From positions 1-40,512 of the IMG/VR virus record IMGVR_UViG_3300014613_000044: a stretch of 40,512 nucleotides of DNA; one strand, 5' to 3'. The position numbers and the translations under genes were made by a program. Numbering within the stretch: the first letter of the stretch is position 1; every line of letters starts with the position of its first letter. Below the pieces are notes generated by a model. The model was not told the origin of the DNA and did not search any database. It was given only the letters and a program-made list of their open reading frames with translations. Positions 7,959-17,774 of the stretch are shown here, piece by piece. The DNA is from a virus. Lineage: Duplodnaviria; Caudoviricetes.

Positions 7959-8447
7959 ATGTCGGACAAGTTGAAGGCACAGGTCGTCTTTCTGAGTTTG
8001 CTCGTCGTCGCAGTCACCGTCGGTGTTCTGGTCCCCTTCGCCCTGGCGCAGGCGCCGGGCCCGGCTACCACGTTCGAGTCGCCCATTCCCCCGCCCGAGG
8101 AATGGCCTCCGGTCCCCGACGTTGATGTCGGCGGGCTGACCGATTACGTCGGAGCGATCGGGCTGGGCGCGGTGATCACCGTCGTCATCGAGATCCTGAA
8201 GCGGCTGAAGGTGGTCCCGGACGGACAAGCGGGCCGCTGGGCGACGATCGCGAACGTGGTCGCGTTTGCTGTGCTGGTGTTCTGCGGTGTCTTTGGCGTG
8301 GACTATAGCGGCGATCAGGCGAAGGCGATTTTCGATCTACTCCACAGGATCGGCCAGGCGATACTCACTATCATCAGTTCGCCGATCCTCTTCAAGGTCC
8401 TGCGTGAGGCGAACGTGCTGCCAGAGATGATCAGCCGTAAGCAGTGA
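7959..8447 (+). CDS. Holin-like membrane protein with N-terminal signal-like segment
   Basis: Hydrophobic N-terminus ending ALA-Q, Pro-rich linker, about 3 TM segments; upstream of the endolysin. Confidence 0.6.
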   Translation: MSDKLKAQVVFLSLLVVAVTVGVLVPFALAQAPGPATTFESPIPPPEEWPPVPDVDVGGLTDYVGAIGLGAVITVVIEILKRLKVVPDGQAGRWATIANVVAFAVLVFCGVFGVDYSGDQAKAIFDLLHRIGQAILTIISSPILFKVLREANVLPEMISRKQ

Positions 8448-8722
8448 CCGACCTGGGCACAGTCAGCGGCTTGCTGGGCGTCCTGGTCGCCATCGGCAGT
8501 CTATACGTTGCGTGGCATACCTCGCGGGCGTCCGCCAGGAAGGATGAGGTGGACGCCCTGCGGGGCATTATCGCGGAGTTGCGGGTACAGGTGGACGCCC
8601 TGGAGGCGGAGGTGAAGGCGTGGCAGCGGCGGTTCGTGCGGGTGTGCAGGCGGGCAGGGCTAGAGCCCGAGGAGCAGATCACGGGGCCATTGGGGGAGTT
8701 GGGGGAGTTGGGCGATGGGTGA
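8444..8722 (+). CDS. Single-TM coiled-coil lysis-module protein
   Basis: N-terminal TM, then heptad LRGIIAELRVQVDALEAEV. Confidence 0.65.
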   Translation: MTDLGTVSGLLGVLVAIGSLYVAWHTSRASARKDEVDALRGIIAELRVQVDALEAEVKAWQRRFVRVCRRAGLEPEEQITGPLGELGELGDG

Positions 8723-9344
8723 TTGGGCGATCGAGAAGGTGGTCGAGGTGGCGGGGCGGCTGGCGGCGCAGTTGGCAGCGCAGAGCGAGGAGCTGGTCAG
8801 GCTGGCCGAGCAGTTGCGTGATGATACCGAGTTAGCCGAGTTCCGGTTGCCTATGAAGAACCTGGATCAGCCCTGGTACGAGGCGGCGCATTGGTATGGT
8901 GCGTACAACTCCCACCCGAGGTACTGTGAGGACTGGAATCTGGAGAGCGGCGGGAATACCGATCTCGGGGAGCCGCTGGTGGCTCCGATGACCGGCATCG
9001 TGATCAACGCGGCTGATTACGGCGGATCCTGGGGCAAGATCCTGCGCATTCTGCGCTGGGCCAGTACGGGTGAGTTGGTCGTGTGGATGGGCGCACACCT
9101 CGACCGGATGGATGTCAAGGCGGGCGACCTGGTCCAGATCGGCGATCCGACCGGCACGATCGGGACTGGCAATGGCCGGTATGCGGCGCACCTGCACGAG
9201 CAGATCAGCGTGGGCGAGGTCGCGGCACCGACGACGTTCGGCGCTGATCGCCGCTTCGATTTCAGGCAGCCCGACGAATTCTACATCGAGCACGGTGTTG
9301 ACGAGGAAGTAGTCAGGCACGCGGTTGAGCGCGATGCCAAATAG
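8715..9344 (+). CDS. M23-family peptidase, putative endolysin
   Basis: DWNL...GEPLVAPMTG, AHLDRMDVKAGDLVQIGDPTGTIG, AHLH (HxH). Confidence 0.8.
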   Translation: MGDWAIEKVVEVAGRLAAQLAAQSEELVRLAEQLRDDTELAEFRLPMKNLDQPWYEAAHWYGAYNSHPRYCEDWNLESGGNTDLGEPLVAPMTGIVINAADYGGSWGKILRILRWASTGELVVWMGAHLDRMDVKAGDLVQIGDPTGTIGTGNGRYAAHLHEQISVGEVAAPTTFGADRRFDFRQPDEFYIEHGVDEEVVRHAVERDAK

Positions 9345-9487
9345 TCAGGTTTTCGTGAGATTCCGTTGAGGTGTAGTCGAGTTCTTGTCAGGTTGATCGT
9401 GGCCCGGGCGCTGGGCCGGATGTGTCAGAGAGGCGACCCCGCCCTGCTTCGAAGACAGCCTCCCTCCGGCTCAGCGCCGAGGTCGCG

Positions 9488-10039
9488 ATGAACGACGTCA
9501 TTCAATCTCTACCAGGTATGGAGGGTCTCCCCGACCCTCTCAGCGAGGCACAGTTGCGGGCGGATGAGGCGCGCGCGGTGTTTGAGGCCAGGTGGGGTAA
9601 CAGCCCGTGGATGGATGATTATTTTCGCCTGCTCGCCGAGGGCTGGAGCTGGCGGCAGGCGGCTTACATCGTGTGGGCCTGCCAGCCAAAGGAGGGGCGG
9701 GATCCGGCGACGCAGCAGGAGTTTGCGGTCTCGGTTGGCCTGACGAGCGATCGCACGATCCGGGCGTGGCGCGACAAGAACGCGGCGATTGACGAACGGG
9801 TCCACGAGCTGACCGCCTCGGCGCTGATGAAGGCGCGGGCGGAGGTGTTCGCGGCGCTGATCGCGGCGGCGACGAATCCGAGCCCTCGCGCGTGCACGGA
9901 CCGGAAGCTGTTCCTGGAGATCACGGGCGACTACAAGCGTGAGGAGACGCTCCGGATCGGGTTGCCTGACGACCTGGCGGAGGCGAGCGTCGACGAGCTG
10001 CGGGCGCTGGCGAACGCGCCGGGAGAGCCCGGTGAGTAA
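9488..10039 (+). CDS. Putative terminase small subunit (HTH)
   Basis: TQQEFAVSVGLTSDRTIRAW helix-turn-helix and DRKLFLE; directly upstream of TerL. Confidence 0.7.
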   Translation: MNDVIQSLPGMEGLPDPLSEAQLRADEARAVFEARWGNSPWMDDYFRLLAEGWSWRQAAYIVWACQPKEGRDPATQQEFAVSVGLTSDRTIRAWRDKNAAIDERVHELTASALMKARAEVFAALIAAATNPSPRACTDRKLFLEITGDYKREETLRIGLPDDLAEASVDELRALANAPGEPGE

Positions 10040-11639
10040 GCGGGAGATCGCGCAGGCGGAGCTGGCGCGGCGGGAACTGGCGCGGCGGAGCCTGCTCGAT
10101 TTCACGACGTACACGTTCCCCCAGTACCAGGTCGCCCTCCACAATATCCTCCTGGCCCAGTACCTGGAGTCGGTGGAGCTGTACGTGGCCAGCGGCGGCG
10201 CGGAGGGGATCGGGCGGCTGATGGTGTTTATGCCCCCGCGACACGGCAAGAGCGAGTTGGTCAGTGTGCGTTTCCCGACGTGGTTTTTGGGCCGCAATCC
10301 CGACAAGCGGGTGATCCTGGCCAGCGTGACGGCGAGCCTGGCGACGGGGTTCAGCCGCCAGGGGCGGAACATCATTCAGGATACGCCGTACCAGGCGGTG
10401 TTTGGCGCACGCAGCGGGCAGGAGCGGCCGGTGATGCTGAGCGACGATAGCCGGTCGGCGGAGGCCTGGGACCTGGCCGGACACCGGGGCGGGCTGGTGG
10501 CGGCGGGCGTGGGAGGCTCGATCATCGGCCGGGGGGCTCACCTGGGGATCATCGACGACCCGTTCAAGGACCGGGCGGACGCGGAGAGCCAGATCGTGCG
10601 GGAGCGGACGGACGACTGGTACAAATCGACGTTTTACACGCGGCTGGAGGATAGCGCCGCGGTGGTGCTGATGCACCAGAGGTGGCACGCGGACGATCAG
10701 GCGGGTCGGCTGCTGCGGCGGATGGTCAGTGAGGACGGGGCGGACCAGTGGGTGGTGCTCAATCTCCCGGCGATCGCCGAGGAGTGGGCCGGGCACGTGG
10801 AGGCGGAGGAGGTGCTCAAGGCCTGCAGGGAAGGCTGGTGGAAGTCGGTGGACGCGCTGCGACGGCAGCCAGGCGATGCGCTGTGGCCGGAGAAATACCC
10901 GGTCGCGGCGTTGGAGGCGATCGCGGCGAACATTGGCCGGTATGAATTCGATGCGCTGTACCAGCAGCGGCCCTGGCGGCGCGAGGGGACGCTGATCAAG
11001 GCGGCCAAGATCCGGATCATTGACGGGGACCAGGTGCCGGGGGAAATCCGTTGGGTGCGGTATTGGGACCTGGCGGTGGGGCGCTCCAGCAGGGCGCATT
11101 ACGTCAGCGGGGCCAAGTGCGGGATGGATGCGCAGCGGCGCTTTTACATCGGCGACATCGCGCGGATCCCGGCGCCGTGGTCGGCAGCCAGGCCGAAGAT
11201 GGTGGACGTGATGCTGGCCGATCCGATGGAGGTGGTGCAGGGGATCGAGGTGGCGGGGCAGCAGGATGGATACTATCAGGAGTTCCGCGACGACGAGCGG
11301 TTGCACGAGCGGTCAATCAAGCCGGTCGGGGTGCGGGGGGACAAGGAAGCGCGGGCGCAACTGTGGGCGACGCGGATCGAGGACGACCGGGTGTTCATGG
11401 TGCGGGGACCGTGGAATGAGGATTTTATCGCCGAGGCGGTGGCGTTCCCGGCCGGGGCGAACGACGATATGGTGGATGGTGTGTCGGGAGGGTGGCAGAT
11501 GTCGCCGGGCTATGTGACGATGGCGGACGTGGGAACGGCGCCGGATGTGAAGAGCGTATGGGATCCGTTCGGGGAAATGGAACACGGATCGCAGGACAGG
11601 ACGGATCGGAGGGGCGGTGGCTCGCATAGACTACACTGA
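10032..11639 (+). CDS. terL: Terminase large subunit
   Basis: MPPRHGKSE Walker A, GIIDDPFK Walker B, QRWHADD, YWDLA and NDDMVD nuclease motifs. Confidence 0.95.
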   Translation: MSKREIAQAELARRELARRSLLDFTTYTFPQYQVALHNILLAQYLESVELYVASGGAEGIGRLMVFMPPRHGKSELVSVRFPTWFLGRNPDKRVILASVTASLATGFSRQGRNIIQDTPYQAVFGARSGQERPVMLSDDSRSAEAWDLAGHRGGLVAAGVGGSIIGRGAHLGIIDDPFKDRADAESQIVRERTDDWYKSTFYTRLEDSAAVVLMHQRWHADDQAGRLLRRMVSEDGADQWVVLNLPAIAEEWAGHVEAEEVLKACREGWWKSVDALRRQPGDALWPEKYPVAALEAIAANIGRYEFDALYQQRPWRREGTLIKAAKIRIIDGDQVPGEIRWVRYWDLAVGRSSRAHYVSGAKCGMDAQRRFYIGDIARIPAPWSAARPKMVDVMLADPMEVVQGIEVAGQQDGYYQEFRDDERLHERSIKPVGVRGDKEARAQLWATRIEDDRVFMVRGPWNEDFIAEAVAFPAGANDDMVDGVSGGWQMSPGYVTMADVGTAPDVKSVWDPFGEMEHGSQDRTDRRGGGSHRLH

Positions 11640-13635
11640 GACGGGGCAGAGCGGGCTGATTGCGTACAACGGGCTGGTGAGCGAGGCGTACACCGGCAAG
11701 TTGCAGTGGCCAGCAGCGTACGCGATCTACGACGAGATGCGGCGGCGGGATCCGACCATCCGCACGATGTGGGACGCGCTGATCTTGCTGGCCAGGACAG
11801 CGAGCTGGTACGCGGAGCCGGGCGGGGAGGAGGACGGGGATAAGGAAGCGACCGACCATCTCCAGAGTTGTATCGAGGATATGAGTCACCCGATCGAGGA
11901 CTACGTGGAGGATGGGCTCACGTGCGTGCTGATGGGGTGGTCGTGGCTGGAGATCGTGTACAAGCGGCGGGATGATGGCAGCGTCGGCTGGCAGAAGTGG
12001 GCGATGCGGCGGCAATCATCGTTCGAGCGCTGGGAATTCGACAAGACGGGCGGGGTGCAGGGGATGGTCCAGCGGCCAGCGCCCGACTACAGAGAGATCT
12101 CGATCCCGATCGGCAAGAGCCTGCACTTCACATCGCAGCGGGACGGGGGAAACCCGGAGGGCCTCGCGATCTTGGAGTCGGCGTACGAGCCGTGGTATTT
12201 CATCAAGAACCTGCAAATCCTCCAGGGCATCGGCTGGCAGCGGACGTTCGTGGGGCTACCGGTGTTTGAGTTCACGGCCAAGCCGACCGATGATGACAAG
12301 GCCGAGGTGGAGCGGGTGGGCCAGGCGCTGACGGTGGATGCAAAGCAGTACGTCAGTGTACCAGAGTTGGTCAAGTTTCGATTGGAGAGCGCGCAGAACA
12401 GCGGGGCGGAATCGCTCCTCAATACGATCAAATACTACCGGTTGCTCATCCTCCAGATGCTCCTGGCCGATTTTATCAATCTGGGGGTGGGAAGCACCGG
12501 CTCCTGGGCGCTGGGGAGCGACAAGAGCCAGCTTTTCTTGATGGCGGTGGATGGGTTCCTGGACCGGATCGCGACGGTGATCAACCGGTTCGCGGTGCCC
12601 CGGCTGATGGAGTACAACGCGGCATACGCGGATGCGGCGCAGCCGAAGCTGGTGCATACGCCGGTGGAGAAACCGGCGCTGGGGCAGTTGGGGAGCTGGC
12701 TGCAGCAGGTCTCATCGCTGCTGCACTGGACGGAGGAGGATGAGAACTGGATCAGGAAGCGGACGGGGATGCCGACGCTGGCGGAGGGGGGCACGCGGAT
12801 TTCAGGACAAAGCGGATCGGAGGGGGAGGGAGACGAGGAGCCAGAGGAGGGGTTGCCAGGTGAGGAGGGGCTGGCGGAGTTTGCGGCGCAGGAGTCGGCG
12901 CGGGCAGGGCTCGAGCAGAGCCTGCTCGGCGATGTGCGGCGGTTTCTCAATGCACAACTCCGGCGGATCCGTGAGGCGATCGCGCAGGGGCGCAGTGGTC
13001 TCGGGGAGGATGACGGATTCTGGGCGACGGAGGAGGAGAGTTTCCGGGCGACGTTCCTGAACCGATTGACGCAGATTGTGATGCAGTTGGTCGGGATCGC
13101 CGTGGACGATCTGACAGAGACGGTCGGGGGCGGGGCGGACTGGGCGACGGTGAATGCGGATGCGGCGGCCTGGGCGCGGGGGTACGTCGGGCAGCTCATC
13201 ACGCGGGTGACGGAGACGACGCGCGGGGTGGTGCGGGAGGCGGTGGCCAGTTGGGTCGAGACGGGCGCGAAGCTCCCTGATCTGGTGAAGGTGCTGGAGC
13301 CGACGTTCGGGCGGAAGCGGGCGGAGCTGATCAGCGCGACGGAGGTGACGCGGGCCTTCGATGAGGCGAACGACCGGGTGCGACAAAAGATCGGGCTGCC
13401 GGCAGCGAAGATGAAGGCGCCCGCACATCCGGGATGCAGGTGCGCAACGCGGCCGATGCTGTTGCCGAACGGGGAGTGGGTGGTGGTGTGGTACACGGTG
13501 CGGGGGCCGAAGGTGTGCCGGCAGCCGTTGACGACGCCGTGGGGGCGGGTGAACGGGTGCAAGGATCTGGACGGGATGATTGTGTCGGAGAACTATGGCG
13601 GGCAGTATCTGCGGGACGTGAAGGCAGGGATATAA
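11617..13635 (+). CDS. Portal protein (Mu gp29/DUF935-like) fused to a MuF-like head morphogenesis domain
   Basis: Follows TerL; GGNPEGLAILESAYEPWYFIK portal motif. C-terminal RAELISATEVTRA and AHPGCRC are MuF motifs. Confidence 0.85.
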   Translation: MARIDYTETGQSGLIAYNGLVSEAYTGKLQWPAAYAIYDEMRRRDPTIRTMWDALILLARTASWYAEPGGEEDGDKEATDHLQSCIEDMSHPIEDYVEDGLTCVLMGWSWLEIVYKRRDDGSVGWQKWAMRRQSSFERWEFDKTGGVQGMVQRPAPDYREISIPIGKSLHFTSQRDGGNPEGLAILESAYEPWYFIKNLQILQGIGWQRTFVGLPVFEFTAKPTDDDKAEVERVGQALTVDAKQYVSVPELVKFRLESAQNSGAESLLNTIKYYRLLILQMLLADFINLGVGSTGSWALGSDKSQLFLMAVDGFLDRIATVINRFAVPRLMEYNAAYADAAQPKLVHTPVEKPALGQLGSWLQQVSSLLHWTEEDENWIRKRTGMPTLAEGGTRISGQSGSEGEGDEEPEEGLPGEEGLAEFAAQESARAGLEQSLLGDVRRFLNAQLRRIREAIAQGRSGLGEDDGFWATEEESFRATFLNRLTQIVMQLVGIAVDDLTETVGGGADWATVNADAAAWARGYVGQLITRVTETTRGVVREAVASWVETGAKLPDLVKVLEPTFGRKRAELISATEVTRAFDEANDRVRQKIGLPAAKMKAPAHPGCRCATRPMLLPNGEWVVVWYTVRGPKVCRQPLTTPWGRVNGCKDLDGMIVSENYGGQYLRDVKAGI

Positions 13636-13674
13636 CGCGGATTTACAGGATAACAGCGGATTAGGACGGATCGG

Positions 13675-14109
13675 ATGATTACCGGGTTGGAAGAGTTTCA
13701 GGCGGAGTTGGAGCGGGTCAAGGCGGCGCTGGAGGCCGAGTTCCCCGGCGGGGCGATGGGGGAGCTGGAGACGGTGGCGACGCAGGCGCTGATGTTGCTG
13801 GCCACGTACGCGGCGGAGTATCCCCCAGCGCCAGCGGATAGTGCGTACCGGCGGACGGGGACGCTGGGGCGGCTGTGGATGGCGGCGACGCCGCACGTGA
13901 CGGTGGGGGGGCACGTGCTGGATGCGCGGATCACGAACGCGACGCCGTACGGGCCGTACGTGCAAGATCCGGACCGGCAGGCGAAGCAACACCGCGGGCG
14001 GTGGCGGACGACGGACCAGGTGGTGGAGGAGCACGCGGAGGAGATCGCGCCGCTATTGGCGCAGGCGGGGTATCGGATGGTGGCGCGGGTGGCGGAGGCG
14101 GCGGCGTGA
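13675..14109 (+). CDS. HK97-gp10-like neck/morphogenesis protein
   Basis: ITGLEE start, RRTGTLGR and NATPYGPYV motifs. Confidence 0.65.
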   Translation: MITGLEEFQAELERVKAALEAEFPGGAMGELETVATQALMLLATYAAEYPPAPADSAYRRTGTLGRLWMAATPHVTVGGHVLDARITNATPYGPYVQDPDRQAKQHRGRWRTTDQVVEEHAEEIAPLLAQAGYRMVARVAEAAA

Positions 14110-14297
14110 TGGATGTGGGGAAGGTGCTCATCTTCCTGTGGGCACTGGGGGCGGCGTACACGTGGGGGCGGGTGATGATCTATATGAAGCGCAACGAGCA
14201 CAATCCGCTGAGCGTGGAGGGTGGGATGAGTGCAGCGGGGTGCATTTTCGTGTGGCCGGTGATCCTGGGCTGGATTGATGGCGATAGGGGGGAGTGA
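14109..14297 (+). CDS. Small membrane protein
   Basis: Two hydrophobic segments; translationally coupled on both sides. Confidence 0.55.
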   Translation: MDVGKVLIFLWALGAAYTWGRVMIYMKRNEHNPLSVEGGMSAAGCIFVWPVILGWIDGDRGE

Positions 14298-15739
14298 TGG
14301 CGAGGGAGTTTTCGGGATTCATTTTCATCGAATTTGAAGAGGGCGCGAAGGCAGTCGAGGTGCTCAGGCCGGGGACGTTCGTGGACCGGAACGGGAAGAC
14401 GGTCCAGATCGGGGACGAGGACCTGGACACGTTCGTGGCCAACTTCGAGGCGGGGGCGGCGGGGCAGGATGTGCCGGTGGACGTGCTGCACGAACGGGCG
14501 GAGGCGGCCGGGTGGGTGCGGCGGCTGTTCCGTGAGAGCGGGACGCTGATGGCGGAGATCGACTGGAACGAGCTGGGGAAGCAGTTGGTCGGCGACAAGG
14601 TGTACAAATACCTGTCTGCGACGATCGATGAGGCGAAGAAGCTGATCAAGAGCATCTCGCTGGTCAATTTCCCAGCGGTGAAGGGGCTCGCACCGGTGGA
14701 GCTCGCGGAGGGGGTGTATACGCTGAAAGAATCGCCGGGATTGGTACGGGCGATTGTCAATGCAGTGACAGCGGCGCTGTTCGGCGAGAATGACGAGGGC
14801 GACGTCGAACTGGTGATCCGCAAGGAAGGGAACGAAATTATTCTGTATTCATCCGACGGGAAGAAGGTACTGGGCCGATTCCCGTTCGGTGAGGGAGAAA
14901 AGTACAAGGACGAGGAGGCAGCGCGGGAGGCAGCGGCCAAGCGCGAGCGCGAGGTCCAGTATTTCAAGCATCGACAGGCGGGAGAGGAGGATCAATTCGT
15001 CGAACTGAAGGGTGTGGATCCGATCATCAAAGCCTGGGCCAAGTGGGCCGGGTCCTTCACAAAGTGCGTGCGGGTACTCAAGGGCAAACCAGGAATCGAC
15101 AACGAGGAGGCCCTGTGCGCGTGGCTGCATCACGAGGCTGAGGGAAAGTGGCCTGCGGAGGGTAGCGAATACTATCCGACCCGGGCAGAGTTGCAGGTGT
15201 TGGCGGAGGTCGTGGGACCGATTATCGCCGAGTTAGATAAGGAGAGTGAAACTATGGACGAAAAGGAGTTGGCAGAGCTGCGGGAGAAGATCCGGCAGGA
15301 GATCGAGGCCGAGATGGCCGAGAAAGCGCAGACGCTGACCGAGCTGCGCGAACAGGTCAAGAAAGAGGTCGAGGTGGAGCTGACGGAGCGGCTGGCGGAG
15401 CGGCAGAAGCTGGTGGAGTTCGCCGAGAAGGTGTGCGGCAACGATGGCAACGCTCTGAGCGCGAAGCCCGACGAGCTGGTCGAGGCGCTCGAGGCGGTCC
15501 CGGCCGGGCCGGAGCGCGAGCGCGTGATGGCGATCCTGGAGTCGAAGGTGGTCGAGTTCGGCGAGCGGGGCAGCGGGCGTGAGGGAGCAGGCGGGAAGAA
15601 GAAGCTCGAGGAGCCGTACGCGGGCCAGTTGCAGGAGTGGCTGGCGGCGAAGTGCGATCTGGGCGAGTGGTTCAAATTGAACGCAGACGTCGTGGGCAAG
15701 CAAGAGGATTACGAGCTGTCCGAGTTCGAGAAGAAGTAG
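14294..15739 (+). CDS. Mu gpI-like prohead protease with C-terminal scaffold
   Basis: VPVDVLH, AAGWV, YKYLSA, SISLVNFPAVKGL motifs; coiled-coil C-terminus with internal RBS and ATG at 15254. Confidence 0.85.
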   Translation: MMAREFSGFIFIEFEEGAKAVEVLRPGTFVDRNGKTVQIGDEDLDTFVANFEAGAAGQDVPVDVLHERAEAAGWVRRLFRESGTLMAEIDWNELGKQLVGDKVYKYLSATIDEAKKLIKSISLVNFPAVKGLAPVELAEGVYTLKESPGLVRAIVNAVTAALFGENDEGDVELVIRKEGNEIILYSSDGKKVLGRFPFGEGEKYKDEEAAREAAAKREREVQYFKHRQAGEEDQFVELKGVDPIIKAWAKWAGSFTKCVRVLKGKPGIDNEEALCAWLHHEAEGKWPAEGSEYYPTRAELQVLAEVVGPIIAELDKESETMDEKELAELREKIRQEIEAEMAEKAQTLTELREQVKKEVEVELTERLAERQKLVEFAEKVCGNDGNALSAKPDELVEALEAVPAGPERERVMAILESKVVEFGERGSGREGAGGKKKLEEPYAGQLQEWLAAKCDLGEWFKLNADVVGKQEDYELSEFEKK

Positions 15740-15782
15740 GACACGGATCAGCAGGATTAAGACGGATTAGGAGGACAGACAG

Positions 15783-16256
15783 ATGACGAATCTGAGTCAG
15801 GCGGCGCCGCTTCGGATCTGGGGCGAAGCCGCGACGGAGAAGTTTCATTGCGACAGTTCGTCGGCGCAGACGATCTACAAGGGTCACCCGCTGCTGATCA
15901 ACCAGAGCGTGGATACGCTGTACGCGGTGGCGTGGGATGACGCTGGGAGCGGCGAGGGGGTCGTGGATGCGGCGGACGTTTTCATCGGGATCGCGGCGGA
16001 GGACAAGGACGTGGCGGCTTCCGCGAGCGAGACGGACGCGGATAGCTGGATCGAGGCGTACGTGGGTCCGACGATCCTGGGATTCAAGTCGACTGTGTTC
16101 GACAATGCGGATCTCGGGAAGACGGTCTATATGTCGGACAGCGGCACGCTGAGCGAGACAGCGACCGACAACCCGGAGGTCGGGAAGTTGCACCGGGTGG
16201 AGAACGGATATGTGTACGTGGAGTTGACGGCGCCACAAGTCTGTGACGGCGCATAA
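15783..16256 (+). CDS. Head decoration/cement protein
   Basis: Between scaffold and capsid; FIGIAAE and DLGKTVY motifs. Confidence 0.65.
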   Translation: MTNLSQAAPLRIWGEAATEKFHCDSSSAQTIYKGHPLLINQSVDTLYAVAWDDAGSGEGVVDAADVFIGIAAEDKDVAASASETDADSWIEAYVGPTILGFKSTVFDNADLGKTVYMSDSGTLSETATDNPEVGKLHRVENGYVYVELTAPQVCDGA

Positions 16257-16301
16257 CCATAACGCGGATTATAGGACGATAACGGATTAGGAGGAACGAG
16301 G

Positions 16302-17198
16302 ATGATCAGTGGAAATGTACCAAAACATTTGGTTTCGGGGGCGAGGACCGGGTTCCTGGTGGCGATGCGGTCGGTGTCGCTGCCGTGGCAGAAGGTGGCG
16401 ATGACGTTCAATATGGACGGGAAGACGACCGACCTGGTGGACCTGGGCGCGGCTCCGATGCCGGTCAAGAGCATCGGTGGCCTGCAAGTGCAGGATTTCA
16501 TCGAGAAGCACATTGAGGTCAAGCCAGAGGATTGGGAGATCGTCGTCTGGATTTCGCAGAACGCGATCGACGACGACCGGACCGGCGAGCTGGAGCGGAA
16601 GGTCAAGGGGGCCGGGGCCAACTTCCAGCGGCACATCAACAAGAGGGTGTTCGAGGTCCTGAACGGCGGCGATGGCTCCACCTACGGCGCGTGCTACGAC
16701 AGCAGCGACTTTTTCGACAACGACCACGCGGATGCCGGGGCGGCCTACAGCACGGCGCAAGATAACGAGAATGCGCTGACTTTATCGATGGACAACTTTG
16801 AGACGGTGCTCGTGGCTGCGCAGGCGTTCCGGGACGACCAGGGGGAGTACGTGGAGCTGTTGTACGATCTCCTGGTGTGTCATCCGACCAAAGAGCGCGT
16901 GGCGGCGCAGATCTGCAACAACGAGTTTAGCTACGACACCGCTATGCGGGAGAAAAACCCATATAGCGGCAAGTTCACGTACGAGACGAGCCCGCATCTG
17001 GACACAACGGCGTGGTACGTCATCGCCTCCAACGAGAATACCAAGCCGTTGATCGTGGCGATGAGGAAGCAGCCGCAGCTCCAGGATGCGTGGTTCGATC
17101 CGACGGCGGCGGATGGCGGACGGCACTACTTCAAGTTCTTCGCCCGGTACGAGATGTATTACGGGGATTGGCGATTAGTCAATCAAGGAAACACATAG
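16302..17198 (+). CDS. Major capsid protein, Mu gpT-like
   Basis: AIDDDRTG, CYDSSDFFDNDH, TTAWYV and GDWRL motifs; 298 aa; synteny. Confidence 0.88.
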   Translation: MISGNVPKHLVSGARTGFLVAMRSVSLPWQKVAMTFNMDGKTTDLVDLGAAPMPVKSIGGLQVQDFIEKHIEVKPEDWEIVVWISQNAIDDDRTGELERKVKGAGANFQRHINKRVFEVLNGGDGSTYGACYDSSDFFDNDHADAGAAYSTAQDNENALTLSMDNFETVLVAAQAFRDDQGEYVELLYDLLVCHPTKERVAAQICNNEFSYDTAMREKNPYSGKFTYETSPHLDTTAWYVIASNENTKPLIVAMRKQPQLQDAWFDPTAADGGRHYFKFFARYEMYYGDWRLVNQGNT

Positions 17199-17201
17199 AC
17201 G

Positions 17202-17735
17202 ATGCGCATTTTCGCCTACTGCACGGCGCTGGCCAGGGACGCGGTCAGGGCGGCGACGGGCGTGGAGCCGCTGACGTCGCCGCCAATGGTCGCTGCAAAT
17301 TTTTCGCCAGAGTGGCTGGAGGGGCACAACTTGTTGTATTTCCGGCTGCACAGCCTGCGGAATCGCGGGATCAAGGGCTGGTATGGCGAGGATCGGCACG
17401 GCCTCCACTTTGCGCTGGCGGAGGCGGAGATCCTGGCGGCGGACGTGGGCGGCGCGGTCGTGGTGGTGGCGAACTGCTATGGCGGAAACGGTGACCCGAT
17501 GGTGGCGGCGTTATACCGGGCGGGGGCCTCGGCGGTGATCGCGGGCAGCGGGGTGAACGTGGCGGCGGCGAACCGGGTGGTGGGGACGGATCTGCTAGTG
17601 CAATGGATCATCCGCGGCCTGGAGTGGCAGATGGGGCTGGAGCGGGCGCTGAAGGTGGCGAAGGTGCGGTTGTCGTTGACGAGCTGGCGGGAGTCGGATC
17701 GGGATGCGCGGGAATTCGAGATCGTGCGGGTATAA
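17202..17735 (+). CDS. CHAT/caspase-hemoglobinase-fold cysteine protease-like protein
   Basis: LLYFRLH (H50), VVVVANCYG (C92), LYRAGASAVIAG and ALKVAK match the CHAT-type pattern. Confidence 0.6.
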   Translation: MRIFAYCTALARDAVRAATGVEPLTSPPMVAANFSPEWLEGHNLLYFRLHSLRNRGIKGWYGEDRHGLHFALAEAEILAADVGGAVVVVANCYGGNGDPMVAALYRAGASAVIAGSGVNVAAANRVVGTDLLVQWIIRGLEWQMGLERALKVAKVRLSLTSWRESDRDAREFEIVRV

Positions 17736-17774
17736 CGCGGATCTCAGGACAGTAACGGATAAGGAGAGGGAACG

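Noticed and set aside
11617-17198. Transposable Mu-like phage
   Set aside because: Head genes are Mu-like, but there is no DDE transposase or MuB; a tyrosine integrase and tRNA attP are present instead.
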